The notes beneath the pieces are model-generated. The model was not told where the DNA came from, ran no database searches, and saw nothing but the letters and a program-made list of their open reading frames with translations. Below are positions 48,992 to 60,638 of a stretch of 64,000 nucleotides of DNA, piece after piece (position 1 is the first letter of the stretch; every line of letters begins with the position of its first letter). This DNA is from Bdellovibrionota bacterium (GTDB lineage Bacteria; Bdellovibrionota_C; UBA2361; CALJRW01), in assembly GCA_041740355.1 (NCBI GenBank), contig JBGSMD010000020.1, positions 1 through 64,000 of the forward strand, written 5' to 3'. A program made the translations under genes and the position numbers.

Positions 48992-50220
48992 TGTTTGATT
49001 ACGAAAAACATTTTGCAGATGTTATTACCAAAGTTAAAGCGGAGAACCGTTACCGTAAATTTATTAACTTAAGTCGGCAAGTTGGCAAGTTTCCACAAGC
49101 AACTTTTGAAGGTAAAAATGTAACTGTTTGGTGTAGCAATGACTACTTAGGAATGGGACAAAATCCTGTTGTCTTAAAGGCCATGGAAGATGCTATTAGA
49201 GTTTATGGCGCAGGATCTGGTGGAACAAGAAATATTTCTGGTACTCATGCAAAAATTATTGAATTAGAAACAGAACTTGCTGACTTACACCATAAAGATG
49301 CAGGCTTAGTTTTTGGTTCTGGCTATCTCTGTAATCAAACAGTACTTGCTACCCTTGGCAAAATCCTACCCAATTTAGTCTACTTCTCTGACCGACTAAA
49401 CCATGCTTCGATGATTGAAGGAATTAAACATTCCAATGTTGAACGGGCAATTTTTGAACATAACGATCTAGAGCATTTGGAACAATTACTTAAAGCTTAT
49501 CCAGTTGATCGCCCCAAGATGATTGTCTTTGAGGCGATCTACTCGATGGATGCCGATCTTGCTCCGGTAAAAGCAATCTGCGAACTTGCAAAAAAATATG
49601 GAGCTATGACTTACATTGATGAGGTTCATGCGGTCGGCATGTATGGAGCCCGGGGAGGCGGTCTAAGTGATCAACTTGGATTATCCGCTGACTTAACAAT
49701 TATTCAAGGTACATTAGCCAAAGCTTATGGTTGTTTAGGTGGATACATCACTGGCAGTAGCAGCTTAATTGATGCCGTTCGTTCATTTGCCCCTGGTTTT
49801 ATTTTCACAACATCTATTACTCCAGCATTAGCAGCGGGAGCTATTGCCAGCATTCAATATTTAAAAAACTCGATATCGGAACGAACACAACTTTTACTTC
49901 GTGCCAAACAATTAAAAACCGCTTTAAATAAATATAAAATTAATTTCATAGACGAGCCAAGTCACATAGTTCCAATAATTATTGGCGATCCAAAACTTTG
50001 CCAACAACTAGCTGAATATTTATTAAGCGAACATCAAATTTATGTTCAAGCAATTAATTATCCAACAGTCCCAAGAGGAACTGAACGGTTAAGAATTACA
50101 CCAAGCCCTGAACACACGGAAGAGATGATCGAAAAATTTGCTTTAGCAATTAGGACATTCCTAAATCTTGGATTAGTATTTAAGCAATCTAACACTAGTA
50201 CTTCCGAACAAACTATTTAA
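48991..50220 (+). CDS. hemA: 5-aminolevulinate synthase (Shemin/C4 pathway)
   Basis: [47 protein letters not shown] and [10 protein letters not shown] motifs. Confidence 0.93.
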   Translation: MFDYEKHFADVITKVKAENRYRKFINLSRQVGKFPQATFEGKNVTVWCSNDYLGMGQNPVVLKAMEDAIRVYGAGSGGTRNISGTHAKIIELETELADLHHKDAGLVFGSGYLCNQTVLATLGKILPNLVYFSDRLNHASMIEGIKHSNVERAIFEHNDLEHLEQLLKAYPVDRPKMIVFEAIYSMDADLAPVKAICELAKKYGAMTYIDEVHAVGMYGARGGGLSDQLGLSADLTIIQGTLAKAYGCLGGYITGSSSLIDAVRSFAPGFIFTTSITPALAAGAIASIQYLKNSISERTQLLLRAKQLKTALNKYKINFIDEPSHIVPIIIGDPKLCQQLAEYLLSEHQIYVQAINYPTVPRGTERLRITPSPEHTEEMIEKFALAIRTFLNLGLVFKQSNTSTSEQTI

Positions 50221-53203
50221 TGAAAGGTGTTAACTCTTTGACACTACGCCGATCATAAAAACGCAAATCCGTAGCAGTTGAGAATGCTGGTATTACCAAA
50301 TTATCCCATAATGCTTTAAATTGTTTTTTCGTTGTGTTGTCGTAAATCCCTAATCCACGTCCAGTTTCATTACGAATAATCAGGTCATAAGTATCTAAGG
50401 TGAAATAAGAGTAAGGTGCTTGTAAAGCATTGAGTGAATTTGCTAAATAGAGTACCGGAAAAACTTCTTTTTCTGCACCAAGATCACTTAAGGTTTCTTG
50501 CCAGATAACTGCCTTCTCCATCATGTAATAAGGATTGATATTTCCAACAACTTGCCCCTTATGAAAATTTGCCAATGTTAAATTAAATAAATCTGAATAA
50601 CACTGTCCTGCCTCTACAGCTGCTAAAATTTGCTGATGTGCTAAATAATTTTGACGATCGCTATATACATTATTGTTAAGACCTTTAAGTGGCACACCCC
50701 AAATATCTTGATTGTTTGCTAAAAAACGAATCAATAATGTTTCATCTCTATCCTCTGTTCGCATCACATTACCGAAGCCACCAGCTAGACTTGTTCCACA
50801 GCCAACTCTGTAAACCGGCAATTCAAGTTCTTCGCCTAATTGTAATATCTTTTCAGGTCTTAGATTACTATGCTTACTATCTAGGACTGAGGAGTCTAGC
50901 TTACTAAATTTTCCAATCGGATACAGACATTTGGCTAATTCTTTGTCCAATATTTCGACTGGAATTAAGAATGCTAATTGTCCTGAATAATTATGATAAT
51001 GGTCATTAAATACTAGATAAGCATATTTAATATGATTAATAGTAAGTCTTGGATCTTGCGAGTTAGCAAAAGCTTTAAACGCCCGAGTTAAATAAGTTTT
51101 TGTTTTAGGATAATATTCCAAGGAGGTAGCTAACCAAGGCCAACTTTCTTGATACTTTATCAAAGGTTTCTTTCCGCTTTCTAAGTTAAATAAATTTTCA
51201 ATTTTGGGATAAGAAAATTTAAAACCTTTACCTGGGTAAGAATTACGATCTAAAGAGTGAATTGCTTCCACCGTATGGAAAACAATTTGTCCAAAATCTG
51301 CTAGTAGAGGTTCGGGACCCCTGGCATCATAAGTCAGCGATCCGAAACTACGGTAATCTTGATACATCCGTTTAAAACTTACCCCTAGATCCTGCTGCAT
51401 TTTAGCTATTAAGTCGGGGTTCGATGTGGGTAAGCGATCGGCATTTACAAATCTGACGAAGGTCCGACTATGAATTTCTTCCTCACTAAGTCCGTGTGTA
51501 GGGGAATTTATAATCAGGGTCAACAAACTATCAAAAGTAATTGCCTGATACTCCGGCAGAGAATAGCGACTCAAGTCTTCTACATTTAAAAACTTATCAA
51601 CTAAGTCTGTTAAATTTCGCTCTAAATATCCACTAGTTACAGCAAAAATCAAATTTAATTTATCATTCGCTATTGGTAATTCTAAAAGCTGTTTGCAGAG
51701 AAAATCTCGCAAATTTTCATCGGCCATGCAGATGAAACAATTCGCGATGATACTTATCTTAAAGAGCGGCAGTCTTTCCGACATTGCCGATAATAGGTCT
51801 TCTATAAAATCTAAATTCTGTACATTATAAATCGCACGCAACTCTCTTGTTTCTTCTAAGATAATTTGAAGATTAAAAAATTTATTTAAATCTTGGCCTT
51901 CTCTGATTAATAATTCCAGATTTAAAAATTCGGAGATATCGTTGGGCTTCGCGTCTGGAGTTGAATATTTTTGGCTAAAAACATCATTTAGGACTCCATA
52001 TAGTTTTAAACGAAAATCTAAATCATCTGCGGAAAGGCTATCTTGATAATCAAGAATTTTTTTAATCCACGAAGGCCAAGAAGAATCGACTTCAAAATAT
52101 TCAGGATATTGATTTGCCAGTGATAAAAGGGATAAATCTTCGGTTGGTGCTTGATGATAACAAGAATTTAATTGATTAACCATCGACAGGGTACCCTCAG
52201 AAAGGAGACCTAGTCTTGCGGTTCTTTGCACATTAGCACCATTAATATCTAGTAATTCCTCAAGATAACTGAGAGAAAAAGAATCGATATTATTTAAAAG
52301 ATCAATCACCAAGGGACCTTTACCCACCATTAATTGGTCTCGAATCGCCTCAGCTTTTAGTGGCTCTGGTATTTGGGCAGCAAGGACTTCTACAATCTTT
52401 AGTAAGGTAACAATTGGATCTTCAGAATCTAAAATCTGACTGACTAAATTTGAATACGCGGGTAATTCTATTGTAACTAAAAACTGTTCTAATCCCCTTA
52501 AGCCAATGTTTAAATCATATCCTTTAGAATAACCGGAACTCTCCTGAAGAAATGAAGAATAAAGATCACTGGGATTATCAAGCTGATCAATAAATAATTT
52601 ACTCACTGTAATAATATTTTTAATGAATCGACTTGTTTTTTCACCTATTAGTGGAACTTGACTGAGCGTTTCTAAGATTAATAATTCCCGATCCGCTTGT
52701 TTTACATCTTGTTCTATAATCTTTATTGCTAGAAGCAAGTCAGCATAAATTTTTTGTCGCACCTCAAAACTTAAGGATCGATTACCTTCAATCTTAAGTG
52801 CCATTATCTGAGCTTCCTGAGTGATTACTTCTGATGAAGTAACTTCCTTTAGCTTACTGATAAAAATATCTACACTTAAAACCCCAAGTAATGATAAATC
52901 ATTCTTAGCTGCTGTAGTTAGCGATTGTATTTGGTAACTCTTAAGCAGGTCTTCCCGCACTTCGCTCGGGCTTTTTTTGAGTAGGTCTGCAATTTGAATA
53001 ACATCTTGAATTGAAACGGTTTGTGATTCTGCAAGACTAGTTAAGAGACTTCTCCAAGCAAGCCCTGAAAGATTCAACTGATTTATTGCGCTGCTAGTAT
53101 TAACAATATCCAATTCTATATTAGCTACATTTGTGAATAGTTCTCCAAGCCGAATTTCAATTTCGTTTTGAGTCGGTGCTAAAATATTCTGTGGTGATAG
53201 CAT
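50213..53203 (-). CDS. Large orphan protein (996 aa)
   Basis: Long uninterrupted ORF; helical Leu/Glu-rich N-terminal two-thirds and a mixed C-terminal domain; no motif recognised. Confidence 0.6.
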   Translation of the reverse strand: MLSPQNILAPTQNEIEIRLGELFTNVANIELDIVNTSSAINQLNLSGLAWRSLLTSLAESQTVSIQDVIQIADLLKKSPSEVREDLLKSYQIQSLTTAAKNDLSLLGVLSVDIFISKLKEVTSSEVITQEAQIMALKIEGNRSLSFEVRQKIYADLLLAIKIIEQDVKQADRELLILETLSQVPLIGEKTSRFIKNIITVSKLFIDQLDNPSDLYSSFLQESSGYSKGYDLNIGLRGLEQFLVTIELPAYSNLVSQILDSEDPIVTLLKIVEVLAAQIPEPLKAEAIRDQLMVGKGPLVIDLLNNIDSFSLSYLEELLDINGANVQRTARLGLLSEGTLSMVNQLNSCYHQAPTEDLSLLSLANQYPEYFEVDSSWPSWIKKILDYQDSLSADDLDFRLKLYGVLNDVFSQKYSTPDAKPNDISEFLNLELLIREGQDLNKFFNLQIILEETRELRAIYNVQNLDFIEDLLSAMSERLPLFKISIIANCFICMADENLRDFLCKQLLELPIANDKLNLIFAVTSGYLERNLTDLVDKFLNVEDLSRYSLPEYQAITFDSLLTLIINSPTHGLSEEEIHSRTFVRFVNADRLPTSNPDLIAKMQQDLGVSFKRMYQDYRSFGSLTYDARGPEPLLADFGQIVFHTVEAIHSLDRNSYPGKGFKFSYPKIENLFNLESGKKPLIKYQESWPWLATSLEYYPKTKTYLTRAFKAFANSQDPRLTINHIKYAYLVFNDHYHNYSGQLAFLIPVEILDKELAKCLYPIGKFSKLDSSVLDSKHSNLRPEKILQLGEELELPVYRVGCGTSLAGGFGNVMRTEDRDETLLIRFLANNQDIWGVPLKGLNNNVYSDRQNYLAHQQILAAVEAGQCYSDLFNLTLANFHKGQVVGNINPYYMMEKAVIWQETLSDLGAEKEVFPVLYLANSLNALQAPYSYFTLDTYDLIIRNETGRGLGIYDNTTKKQFKALWDNLVIPAFSTATDLRFYDRRSVKELTPFIK

Positions 53204-53213
53204 TTGATTTATT

Positions 53214-53358
53214 TATAGTTATGAATAAAAGTAATTTCTGAATATTTAAAAGTTAGTTTTGTGATTTTTGTCATAACTAAATGATATTATTGTCCCTACG
53301 GGGGATAGTAAGCCCCAAAAAGGAATTCCCTACGGAAATAATTTTTGGACTTACTATA
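53214..53358 (+). mobile_element. Family D two-hairpin MITE-like element (TATAG...CTATA ends)
   Basis: Colinear with the reverse complement of 26276-26424, with compensatory changes in the stems. Confidence 0.65.
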
Positions 53359-53359
53359 A

Positions 53360-53593
53360 TTAATCTTTGCATGGACACCAAGGAATGATTTGTGGATGCA
53401 CCGGAAATGTATTCGGAGGAGTATCTGGTGTCGGAATAATTTTGGGAGAAGGCACGGTGCGTGGATTGGGCAATGGCTCTGCGGGAGGAAGTGTCGGCGG
53501 CTTTTCTTTTGGGCTTGGCTTGGGAGGAGATTTATCGGGTTCGACCTGCGGTTCCTTAGGTGGTACTAACGGTTTAGGAAAATTCTTAAACAT
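53360..53593 (-). CDS. Small proline-rich protein
   Basis: MFKNFPKPLVPP...PWCPCKD, 77 aa; locally GC-richer than flanks, with varied third codon positions. Confidence 0.5.
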   Translation of the reverse strand: MFKNFPKPLVPPKEPQVEPDKSPPKPSPKEKPPTLPPAEPLPNPRTVPSPKIIPTPDTPPNTFPVHPQIIPWCPCKD

Positions 53594-53678
53594 AATACAA
53601 AAGAAATTTATTTTGAAGAATAGAAAAACTATAGTCATCCCAAGAAATAATTTCCGTTAGGAAATTATAAAACAGATC

Positions 53679-53865
53679 ATGACGATAGAAGCGACCAGCG
53701 GGAGCCAAAAGACAAATAGTAAACCCAACTTTAAAAAACAGAGTTAAGCCATAGGTTTATCTATAAACTTAGATCCTTAAATTACTTCAGGGTAAAAAAT
53801 ATAAGGGTCAGCAAAAGTCTTAATTAATCTATTTATCGGAAATCCATTTTTGGGTTTACTATATC
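53679..53865 (+). mobile_element. Repeat family C, copy 1 (MITE-like)
   Basis: Colinear with 61464-61649; perfect 13-bp inverted repeat atagtaaacccaa/ttgggtttactat. Confidence 0.75.
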
Positions 53866-53949
53866 CTTATTCAAAGCTAAGCATTCAAAATTATAAGGGA
53901 ATCCATTTCTTAGTCAATAAAGACCATTATTTGCAGGTCTAAAAGTGAC

Positions 53950-55167
53950 TCATTTCTTGATTATTTGGAATTGCTCTAATCCTGCCCCAATAATTTCTGC
54001 TGATTTGGTCAGTAAGTCTTGCTCTATCACTCCTGCGATTCGCACCTGATTAAGACCTAGGTTTGGAGTAATATAAAATCCAGCAGCAGGTGCTAGAAAA
54101 ACTGTTGCCCCATTCAGCTCAAAATCAGACAACATGTACTTAATAAAATCAGTAGCATTACTGACTGGCAGTTCTAAGATCGAATAAAACGCACCATGAG
54201 GATTAAAAGCTTTAACATGGGGAATTTTACTTAATCCAAGGTGTAAAGCATCTCGACGTTCTTGATATTCATTACATACTTGTTGCACAAAATCTGGCGA
54301 AATGTTTGCTAACAAATAACTGGCTGCCAGCTGATCAATCGTTGGACTTGCCAAACGAGCTTGGGCTAAACTTAAAGTTTTAAGTAAAAAATCCATGTTA
54401 GCACTAATCAAACAACCAATTCGTGCACCACAAAGATTAAATCTTTTTGATAAACTATCAATTACAATCACATGCTGACTACTAGGAGCAATTTCTAAGA
54501 CTGATCGATTTTGTCGCCCATCAAAAACTAGATCGCGATAGGTCTCATCCACAATTAAAAATAGGCTATGATCTTCACAAAGCTCCAGCAATTCTTTGAT
54601 CTGCTCTTCGGAGTAAAGTGTTCCTGTCGGATTATTGGGATTACAAATTAAAATTGCTCGAGTATTAGCGGTTAATTTACTAACTACTTCTTTAATTGGT
54701 GGCAGGCTAAAGCCTGTTTCTAATGTCGTTGAAACAGGAACTAGATGTACTCCTGAAATGGCCGCAAAACCCATGTAATTAGCATATGTTGGTTCAAACA
54801 CAATGACTTCTGCTCCTGGATCGCAAGTTACCATGAAAGAAAAAACCAGGGCTTCACTAGCTCCTGTAGTAATCAGCATTTGTTCGGGAGCAACATCTAA
54901 ATTATTAGCCCGCTTTAAATACTTACACCAATTCGTTCTAACATCTAAGTTTCCTTCGGAAATTTCATAGGCCACTACCTTAGAATCAAATTTACGAAGC
55001 CCTACAAAAAATTCTGGAGGTGTTTCAAGGTCAGGCTGACCGATATTCAACCCGTAAACAGTCTTATTAGCTCTGGCAATCCTAGCTAAGGGACTCAAGC
55101 TGCGGATTGGCGATGCCGGAGTATTAATAGCACGGCTGGAAAGTAAGGGATTAGATTTATTCACCAT
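53950..55167 (-). CDS. Class I/II PLP aminotransferase (aspartate aminotransferase-like)
   Basis: LNIGQPD, TTGASEA, NPNNPTG, DETY and SLSKRFNLCGARIG motifs; start placed at MVNKSN. Confidence 0.9.
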   Translation of the reverse strand: MVNKSNPLLSSRAINTPASPIRSLSPLARIARANKTVYGLNIGQPDLETPPEFFVGLRKFDSKVVAYEISEGNLDVRTNWCKYLKRANNLDVAPEQMLITTGASEALVFSFMVTCDPGAEVIVFEPTYANYMGFAAISGVHLVPVSTTLETGFSLPPIKEVVSKLTANTRAILICNPNNPTGTLYSEEQIKELLELCEDHSLFLIVDETYRDLVFDGRQNRSVLEIAPSSQHVIVIDSLSKRFNLCGARIGCLISANMDFLLKTLSLAQARLASPTIDQLAASYLLANISPDFVQQVCNEYQERRDALHLGLSKIPHVKAFNPHGAFYSILELPVSNATDFIKYMLSDFELNGATVFLAPAAGFYITPNLGLNQVRIAGVIEQDLLTKSAEIIGAGLEQFQIIKK

Positions 55168-55209
55168 ACTATGAGATAACTTATTGTCGATCTTAGTACA
55201 AGTCCTATT

Positions 55210-56934
55210 ATGAAACTCGTCCGTGCCCAAAATTTTAAATTACTAACGAGACTGGTGGCAGAACATCCAAAACTGCTTTTGTTTGGTTTGGGTTCGCTCT
55301 TGATTGTCAGCTTAATTAATTTAAGTATTCCCTCTTTAATTAAAGATTTTGTTGGCACTATCCCTCAAGCTAATAGCCTGACACCTGCCTTAAAATTTTC
55401 AGCTATCTTAATTATACTCTTTATTCTACAAGGACTCTTTGGTTATTTTCGAATCTTATACTTCAATCAACTAGGCTTAAGCATTATCACAAAAATGCGC
55501 AAACAAATATTCGATGCAATCATTGCCAAGAAAATTCAGTTTTTTGAAACAGCTAAAACTGGCGATTTAATTTCTAGATTAAATACTGATACTCAATTAC
55601 TACAAGAAGTTATCTGTTCTAAACTTTCCGTAGCAATTCGCTACGCTGTGCAAGTAGTTGGTGGAATTGCTTTAATGTTTTTTATATCCTTTAAACTTAG
55701 CTTATTAATTATAGTAGCCTTACCAATTCTGGTTATAAGTTCAATGTTCTTAGCAAAGAAACTTAAAGCGCTTTCCCTACAAATTCAAACAAATATGGGT
55801 CTTGCTTCCTCATTAGCAGAAGAAAGCTTCACGGGAATAAGAGTAATCAAAGTTTTTCCAAATCAATCATTAATTAATAATTCGTTTCACCAGTTAATCA
55901 ATACAATTAACGAGCTCAGCCTGAAGCGCTCTAAGATTAGTGCCTTCTTTCAATCCTTTATTAGCTTTCTGTTATACTCTTTAATCATTCTATTTTTACT
56001 TGCGGGCATCTACCTAGCAAACCATCAAGAATTGGATTATCCCAATTTAACTGCTTTTGTTTTGTACTCAATCCTTGTTGCCGTTTCTTTTAGTTTTCTA
56101 GTTGCTACTATCGATGAATTAACTAAAGGGCTTGCAGCGACAAAAAGAATTTTAGAAATCCTTAATGATACAGAAGATTCAAAACAACAAACTATTACAG
56201 TTACTTCTGATTCAATCAGCTCAATTGAAGTTCAAAATTTAAATTTTAAATATGAGAGTCGGGATCAGCTTGTAATTAAAAATTTAAATTTTAAATTAAA
56301 TGTTAGTACAATTTATTCCTTGACCGGTCCCTCGGGAGTTGGGAAAAGCACCTTGATTAATTTAATTTTAGGTTTTAATAATCCCACATCTGGGGAAATT
56401 ATTTTCCATGGTTCCAGAAATTTATCTAGCAATGTTATTGATTACATTTCTTACGTTCCGCAGAATCCAACAATTTTTGATTTTAGTATCAAAGAAAATT
56501 TATTACTAGCGAATAATTCGGCTACAACAGAAGATCTTTGGGATGTTCTAACTCACGTCCGATTAGCTGAGTTTGTTAATTCCCTTCCTGAAGGTTTAGA
56601 AACTATTTGTGGATCGCGTGGATTAGAACTAAGCGGTGGTCAGCAACAAAAACTAGCAATTGCTAGAGCGCTCTTAAAAAATGTTCCTATTTTAATTTTA
56701 GATGAAGCAACCTCTGCCCTGGATAGTGATAGCGAAGCTAATATTTTAAATTATTTGCAAAGTATTAAATCAAGCAAAATCATTTTACTAGTTTCCCATC
56801 GTCTTTCCGCGATCAAAGCTTGCGATCAGCTATTATTACTTAATTACGATCAAAGAATAATAGCCGGAACACATGAAGAAATGATCCAAAAATCAGATTA
56901 TTATCAGTTTCTGATTAATCACCAAGCTGTTTAA
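55210..56934 (+). CDS. ABC transporter, fused TMD-NBD (ABCB/MsbA-like)
   Basis: TM domain, GPSGVGKST, LSGGQQQK, LDEATSALD and SHRLS motifs. Confidence 0.92.
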   Translation: MKLVRAQNFKLLTRLVAEHPKLLLFGLGSLLIVSLINLSIPSLIKDFVGTIPQANSLTPALKFSAILIILFILQGLFGYFRILYFNQLGLSIITKMRKQIFDAIIAKKIQFFETAKTGDLISRLNTDTQLLQEVICSKLSVAIRYAVQVVGGIALMFFISFKLSLLIIVALPILVISSMFLAKKLKALSLQIQTNMGLASSLAEESFTGIRVIKVFPNQSLINNSFHQLINTINELSLKRSKISAFFQSFISFLLYSLIILFLLAGIYLANHQELDYPNLTAFVLYSILVAVSFSFLVATIDELTKGLAATKRILEILNDTEDSKQQTITVTSDSISSIEVQNLNFKYESRDQLVIKNLNFKLNVSTIYSLTGPSGVGKSTLINLILGFNNPTSGEIIFHGSRNLSSNVIDYISYVPQNPTIFDFSIKENLLLANNSATTEDLWDVLTHVRLAEFVNSLPEGLETICGSRGLELSGGQQQKLAIARALLKNVPILILDEATSALDSDSEANILNYLQSIKSSKIILLVSHRLSAIKACDQLLLLNYDQRIIAGTHEEMIQKSDYYQFLINHQAV

Positions 56935-57042
56935 ACGCTCATCAAGTTCACTTTTAATAACGATTATTCAATCAATTCATTTTCAAGTTGACTAGCTAGC
57001 GCTATTGATTTCTAATGCTCATCAATAATCAAGGAAATACAA

Positions 57043-57555
57043 ATGTTAGTTGCAATTTATAGTTCTGGTCCCAAAGCTGGTCAATTAGCATCCACCGCCG
57101 ATGCTATTCGTGGATACCCAGGTAATAGAGAGGTCGCACTTTCGGAACTTGGCATTCGAGAAAAAAGCATGCCGACATCACTGAGAACGGCACTTTTAAA
57201 GCAAAAAAATCCAACCTATCCTGTTGAATATCGATCTCCTTCAATAGAAATTAAAAAACCTACCCGAATTAATTTAGCTTCCGAACAAATTGTTACTCCT
57301 TCCCGTAAACCACTTATACAAACTCATTCCTTTAATAATTTTAAAGGTGATAACTTACAAAGACTGGGAGAACTATTGGTATCAGGTACAAGATTTGATC
57401 TACTAATTGTTCAAAAAGGATCAAATCGCCCTCACCCATATCAAGGCGATGCCAAGGTGAGTCGTGATGCTGATGGAGTGTATTTAGAAATTAACGCTAA
57501 AAAAGTTACTTACCTAAAAACGGTCTTTACAATTACCGTAACCAAATTAGATTAA
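57043..57555 (+). CDS. Hypothetical basic protein
   Basis: 170-aa ORF with an AAGGA ribosome-binding site; no motif recognised. Confidence 0.55.
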   Translation: MLVAIYSSGPKAGQLASTADAIRGYPGNREVALSELGIREKSMPTSLRTALLKQKNPTYPVEYRSPSIEIKKPTRINLASEQIVTPSRKPLIQTHSFNNFKGDNLQRLGELLVSGTRFDLLIVQKGSNRPHPYQGDAKVSRDADGVYLEINAKKVTYLKTVFTITVTKLD

Positions 57556-57577
57556 TTTAATAAGTAAAAGTTCCAAG

Positions 57578-59098
57578 CTAATATGATTTAGCAAATATGG
57601 CATCAAGTGTAGATTCTCTGCCTGTGACTACACAATGGCCCGTCGTTCCACTTTGTTCCAAAGGAAAGCAGCGAATTGTTATTTTCAAGGCTTTCAGTTT
57701 TTCTTCCTCTACAGAATCGCCGCACCATTTTGCTAATACAAAACCCCCATGAATTTCTGGATTATCGGCGTTCTTTGGAGTAAAGAATGCTTTCATTGAT
57801 TCCCAATCCAAAATATCTCTTCGGATATTTTCTTCTAAGAATTGCTTAGCTTGATCGAAATAGTTTTTTTGTATCTCAGCTAAAATTAGAGGAACCTGTT
57901 CAATTAACTCCCCCAAAGTAAGGAAAGATTTTTCTTTGTGTGGTCGGTCACGACGCATTAAAACACACTTTTGATTTTCCAAATCTCGTGGCCCCACTTC
58001 AATTCGAAGCGGAATGCCTTTCTTGATCCACTGCCAACTTTTCTCTCCGCCGCGAATATCACGGGAATCAAGTTGAACAGTAATTTGATAATCATCAAAT
58101 CGACAACTAGTCAGTAATTTCCGAAGTTTTTCAGCATATTCCATCACAGCTGTTCGACATTCTTCATTAGGAATGACTGGCAAAATCACAATCTGTTTTT
58201 GGGCTACCCTTGGTGGTACGCGAAGTCCATCATCATCAGAGTGCACCATAATCATTCCACCAATTAATCGAGTGGAAACTCCCCAAGAAGTTGTATGAGC
58301 AAATTCCTGAACACCAGCCTGATTTAGGAATTTAATTCCGGCAGCCTTAGCAAAATTTTGTCCAAGGTAATGTGAGGTACCAGCTTGAAGCGCTTTACGA
58401 TCTTGCATCATCGCTTCAATACAAAGAGTATCCACCGCACCTGGGAATCGCTCCCCTTCTGATTTGCGTCCTCTAATAACTGGTAGCGCTAAAACATTTT
58501 CACACAACTCTGTGTAAACATCTAACATCTTATCTACTTCTTCTCGAGCTTCACTTTCTGTAGCATGAGCAGTATGACCTTCTTGCCATAAAAATTCAGC
58601 AGTACGCAAAAAAAGCCTAGTCCTCATTTCCCAACGAAAAACATTTGCCCATTGGTTAATTAGAATTGGAAGATCGCGATAGGATGTAACCCATTTAGCA
58701 AAAGCGTCTCCAATAATTGTCTCAGACGTTGGGCGTATAATTAATGGCTCCTCTAGTTCTCCCGCAGGAACGAGCTTGCCATCTTTTGCTTCCAAGCGGT
58801 GGTGAGTAACAACGGCGCATTCTTTAGCAAAGCCCTCCACGTGACTAGCTTCCTTTTCTAAAAATGAAACCGGAATCAACAAAGGGAAATAGGCATTTTC
58901 GTGTCCAGTTTCTTTAATCATATGATCAAGACGTTTTTGTAGATTCTCCCAAATCCCATATCCCCAAGGCTTAATCACCATACATCCCCGAACGGGTGAC
59001 ACTTCAGCTAAATCTGCTGCCTTTACTACTTGCTGATACCACTCTGGATAATTTTCAGCTCTGCTTGGACTAATGGCATTCTGCTCTTTATTAGACAT
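57578..59098 (-). CDS. proS: Proline-tRNA ligase, archaeal/eukaryotic type
   Basis: RPTSET, FLRTAEFLWQEGHTAH, QAGTSH and SWGVSTR motifs; C-terminal AKSY; no INS editing domain. Confidence 0.96.
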   Translation of the reverse strand: MSNKEQNAISPSRAENYPEWYQQVVKAADLAEVSPVRGCMVIKPWGYGIWENLQKRLDHMIKETGHENAYFPLLIPVSFLEKEASHVEGFAKECAVVTHHRLEAKDGKLVPAGELEEPLIIRPTSETIIGDAFAKWVTSYRDLPILINQWANVFRWEMRTRLFLRTAEFLWQEGHTAHATESEAREEVDKMLDVYTELCENVLALPVIRGRKSEGERFPGAVDTLCIEAMMQDRKALQAGTSHYLGQNFAKAAGIKFLNQAGVQEFAHTTSWGVSTRLIGGMIMVHSDDDGLRVPPRVAQKQIVILPVIPNEECRTAVMEYAEKLRKLLTSCRFDDYQITVQLDSRDIRGGEKSWQWIKKGIPLRIEVGPRDLENQKCVLMRRDRPHKEKSFLTLGELIEQVPLILAEIQKNYFDQAKQFLEENIRRDILDWESMKAFFTPKNADNPEIHGGFVLAKWCGDSVEEEKLKALKITIRCFPLEQSGTTGHCVVTGRESTLDAIFAKSY

Positions 59099-59232
59099 AA
59101 TAATTTTATAATAAAATCAGGAATCTATGCTGATGAAGTTACTAGGAACAAGAGTACCCCACTAAATGATTACCGAGTAATAAGAATATACTCTAAATTA
59201 CATTCTGACAAATAAATTTTACCAAATATTAT

Positions 59233-60507
59233 TTAAAAATTGCTTTCTAGAAGTTCCAGAATCTCAGCAAATTGAGGTCGCTCTCCGTGAACTAAATTTA
59301 AACATCTATCCATCAAAGTCTTTAGAAATGGTGTTGCTACTTCCTTGGTTTCACCAAGAAGATCCTGAATTAAATATCCAAAGGCACGCACTTCTATTTG
59401 TTCCCTCTCAATTGAGTTCCCACGATCATAAAATGACGCCGCACCAAAATCTCCCAAGAAGCACTCCCCAACATTTGTGGTTAAAATATTATGGGCATAT
59501 AAATCACCATGAGCAATTCCCCGCTGATGTAAATGATCTGCCGCCGAAGCAATATCTTTTAAAACTTGCAGAATAAATTCTAAGGACAAACTTGTCTCAG
59601 GTAAAAAGGTATCTCTAGTGCAACTCTCAAGGCTTGGTGGTAAGCCTAGCGATCGATAACTTGCGGGTATTAGCTTTAAAACCAATCCGGCATTTAGATT
59701 GCCATTTTCTGAGAATTGCCCATTAACTGGTATAATTTTTGGATGGGACTGAGCCGCAAGACAGGCTTTAAGATCATCAATTATATATCCATCACTGGTC
59801 ATTGTCCCTCGATACTTTTTAACAGCAACAGGCTCTTGATATCCCGCAATGGTCGCCTTCCAGACTTCACAGGAAGGACTTTCTCCAATTTTCTCCGTTA
59901 AATTAACTTGATCCCCATAAATAATAGGAACATTAATCAGTGCTAGATCTTTATTGTTAAAACAATTTCCTGAGTCTGCATACCAAGCTAATTTAGGTAA
60001 CTTAAAAAGAAAGCTCGGCTCTTGCGAAAGTTTATTTGCGGAAAGTCTAATTAATTCTAATTCTTGGCAAAGCTCCAGTTCTTTAGGAATTGATTGCAAA
60101 TCATTTCCCGTCAAAGCTAATTTTTTTAAATTTTTTAATTTACCAATAGATCTTGGTAAAGCTTGCAAATGATTGTCCGTTAAGATTAACCATTTCAAAT
60201 TTTCAGGCAACGCATCTTCCGCAATTATTTTTAGCTGACAGGACTTAAAACCTAAAACTTCGAGTTTGGTGCAATATTTTAAAACAGCTGGAATGTCTGT
60301 AAATAGATTCTTAGAGAAAAAGGCTATTTTAAGTTCTTGAAATTCTGTAATTGCCTCTGGCAAGCTAGTCAGCAGTCCTTGAGACATATCCAACACTTCA
60401 ATTTGATCAGCATAATCAAGTAATTCTAAGGGGAAATAACTCGCATTCCTAAGAGTTAGAGTTTTTGATTTAAGATCATAAAAGTGAAAAAAGGGTATCT
60501 CCTGCAT
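59233..60507 (-). CDS. Leucine-rich repeat plus Ser/Thr-type protein kinase
   Basis: LRRs (LKWLILTDNHLQALP), VAVK, HGDLYAHN and DFGAA motifs. Confidence 0.88.
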   Translation of the reverse strand: MQEIPFFHFYDLKSKTLTLRNASYFPLELLDYADQIEVLDMSQGLLTSLPEAITEFQELKIAFFSKNLFTDIPAVLKYCTKLEVLGFKSCQLKIIAEDALPENLKWLILTDNHLQALPRSIGKLKNLKKLALTGNDLQSIPKELELCQELELIRLSANKLSQEPSFLFKLPKLAWYADSGNCFNNKDLALINVPIIYGDQVNLTEKIGESPSCEVWKATIAGYQEPVAVKKYRGTMTSDGYIIDDLKACLAAQSHPKIIPVNGQFSENGNLNAGLVLKLIPASYRSLGLPPSLESCTRDTFLPETSLSLEFILQVLKDIASAADHLHQRGIAHGDLYAHNILTTNVGECFLGDFGAASFYDRGNSIEREQIEVRAFGYLIQDLLGETKEVATPFLKTLMDRCLNLVHGERPQFAEILELLESNF

Positions 60508-60638
60508 AATAAATTAGAGTAGCTAGTTATCTTTGAAATGCCAAGAACTCAGTTGATAGAGCCCCAACTTCTATTTCCAATAAGATTCAAAATGTCCTTC
60601 TTAAACCATATCCCTGCAATATTTTTTATGTTATTTTA

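Noticed and set aside
53367-53660. Gly-rich plus-strand ORF
   Set aside because: Mirror of the Pro-rich minus-strand ORF; only one is likely real, and the Pro/Lys/Glu/Thr composition looks more protein-like. Not fully excluded.
57578-60507. Eukaryote-like ProRS and LRR kinase as signs of eukaryotic gene transfer
   Set aside because: Both types are widespread in bacteria.
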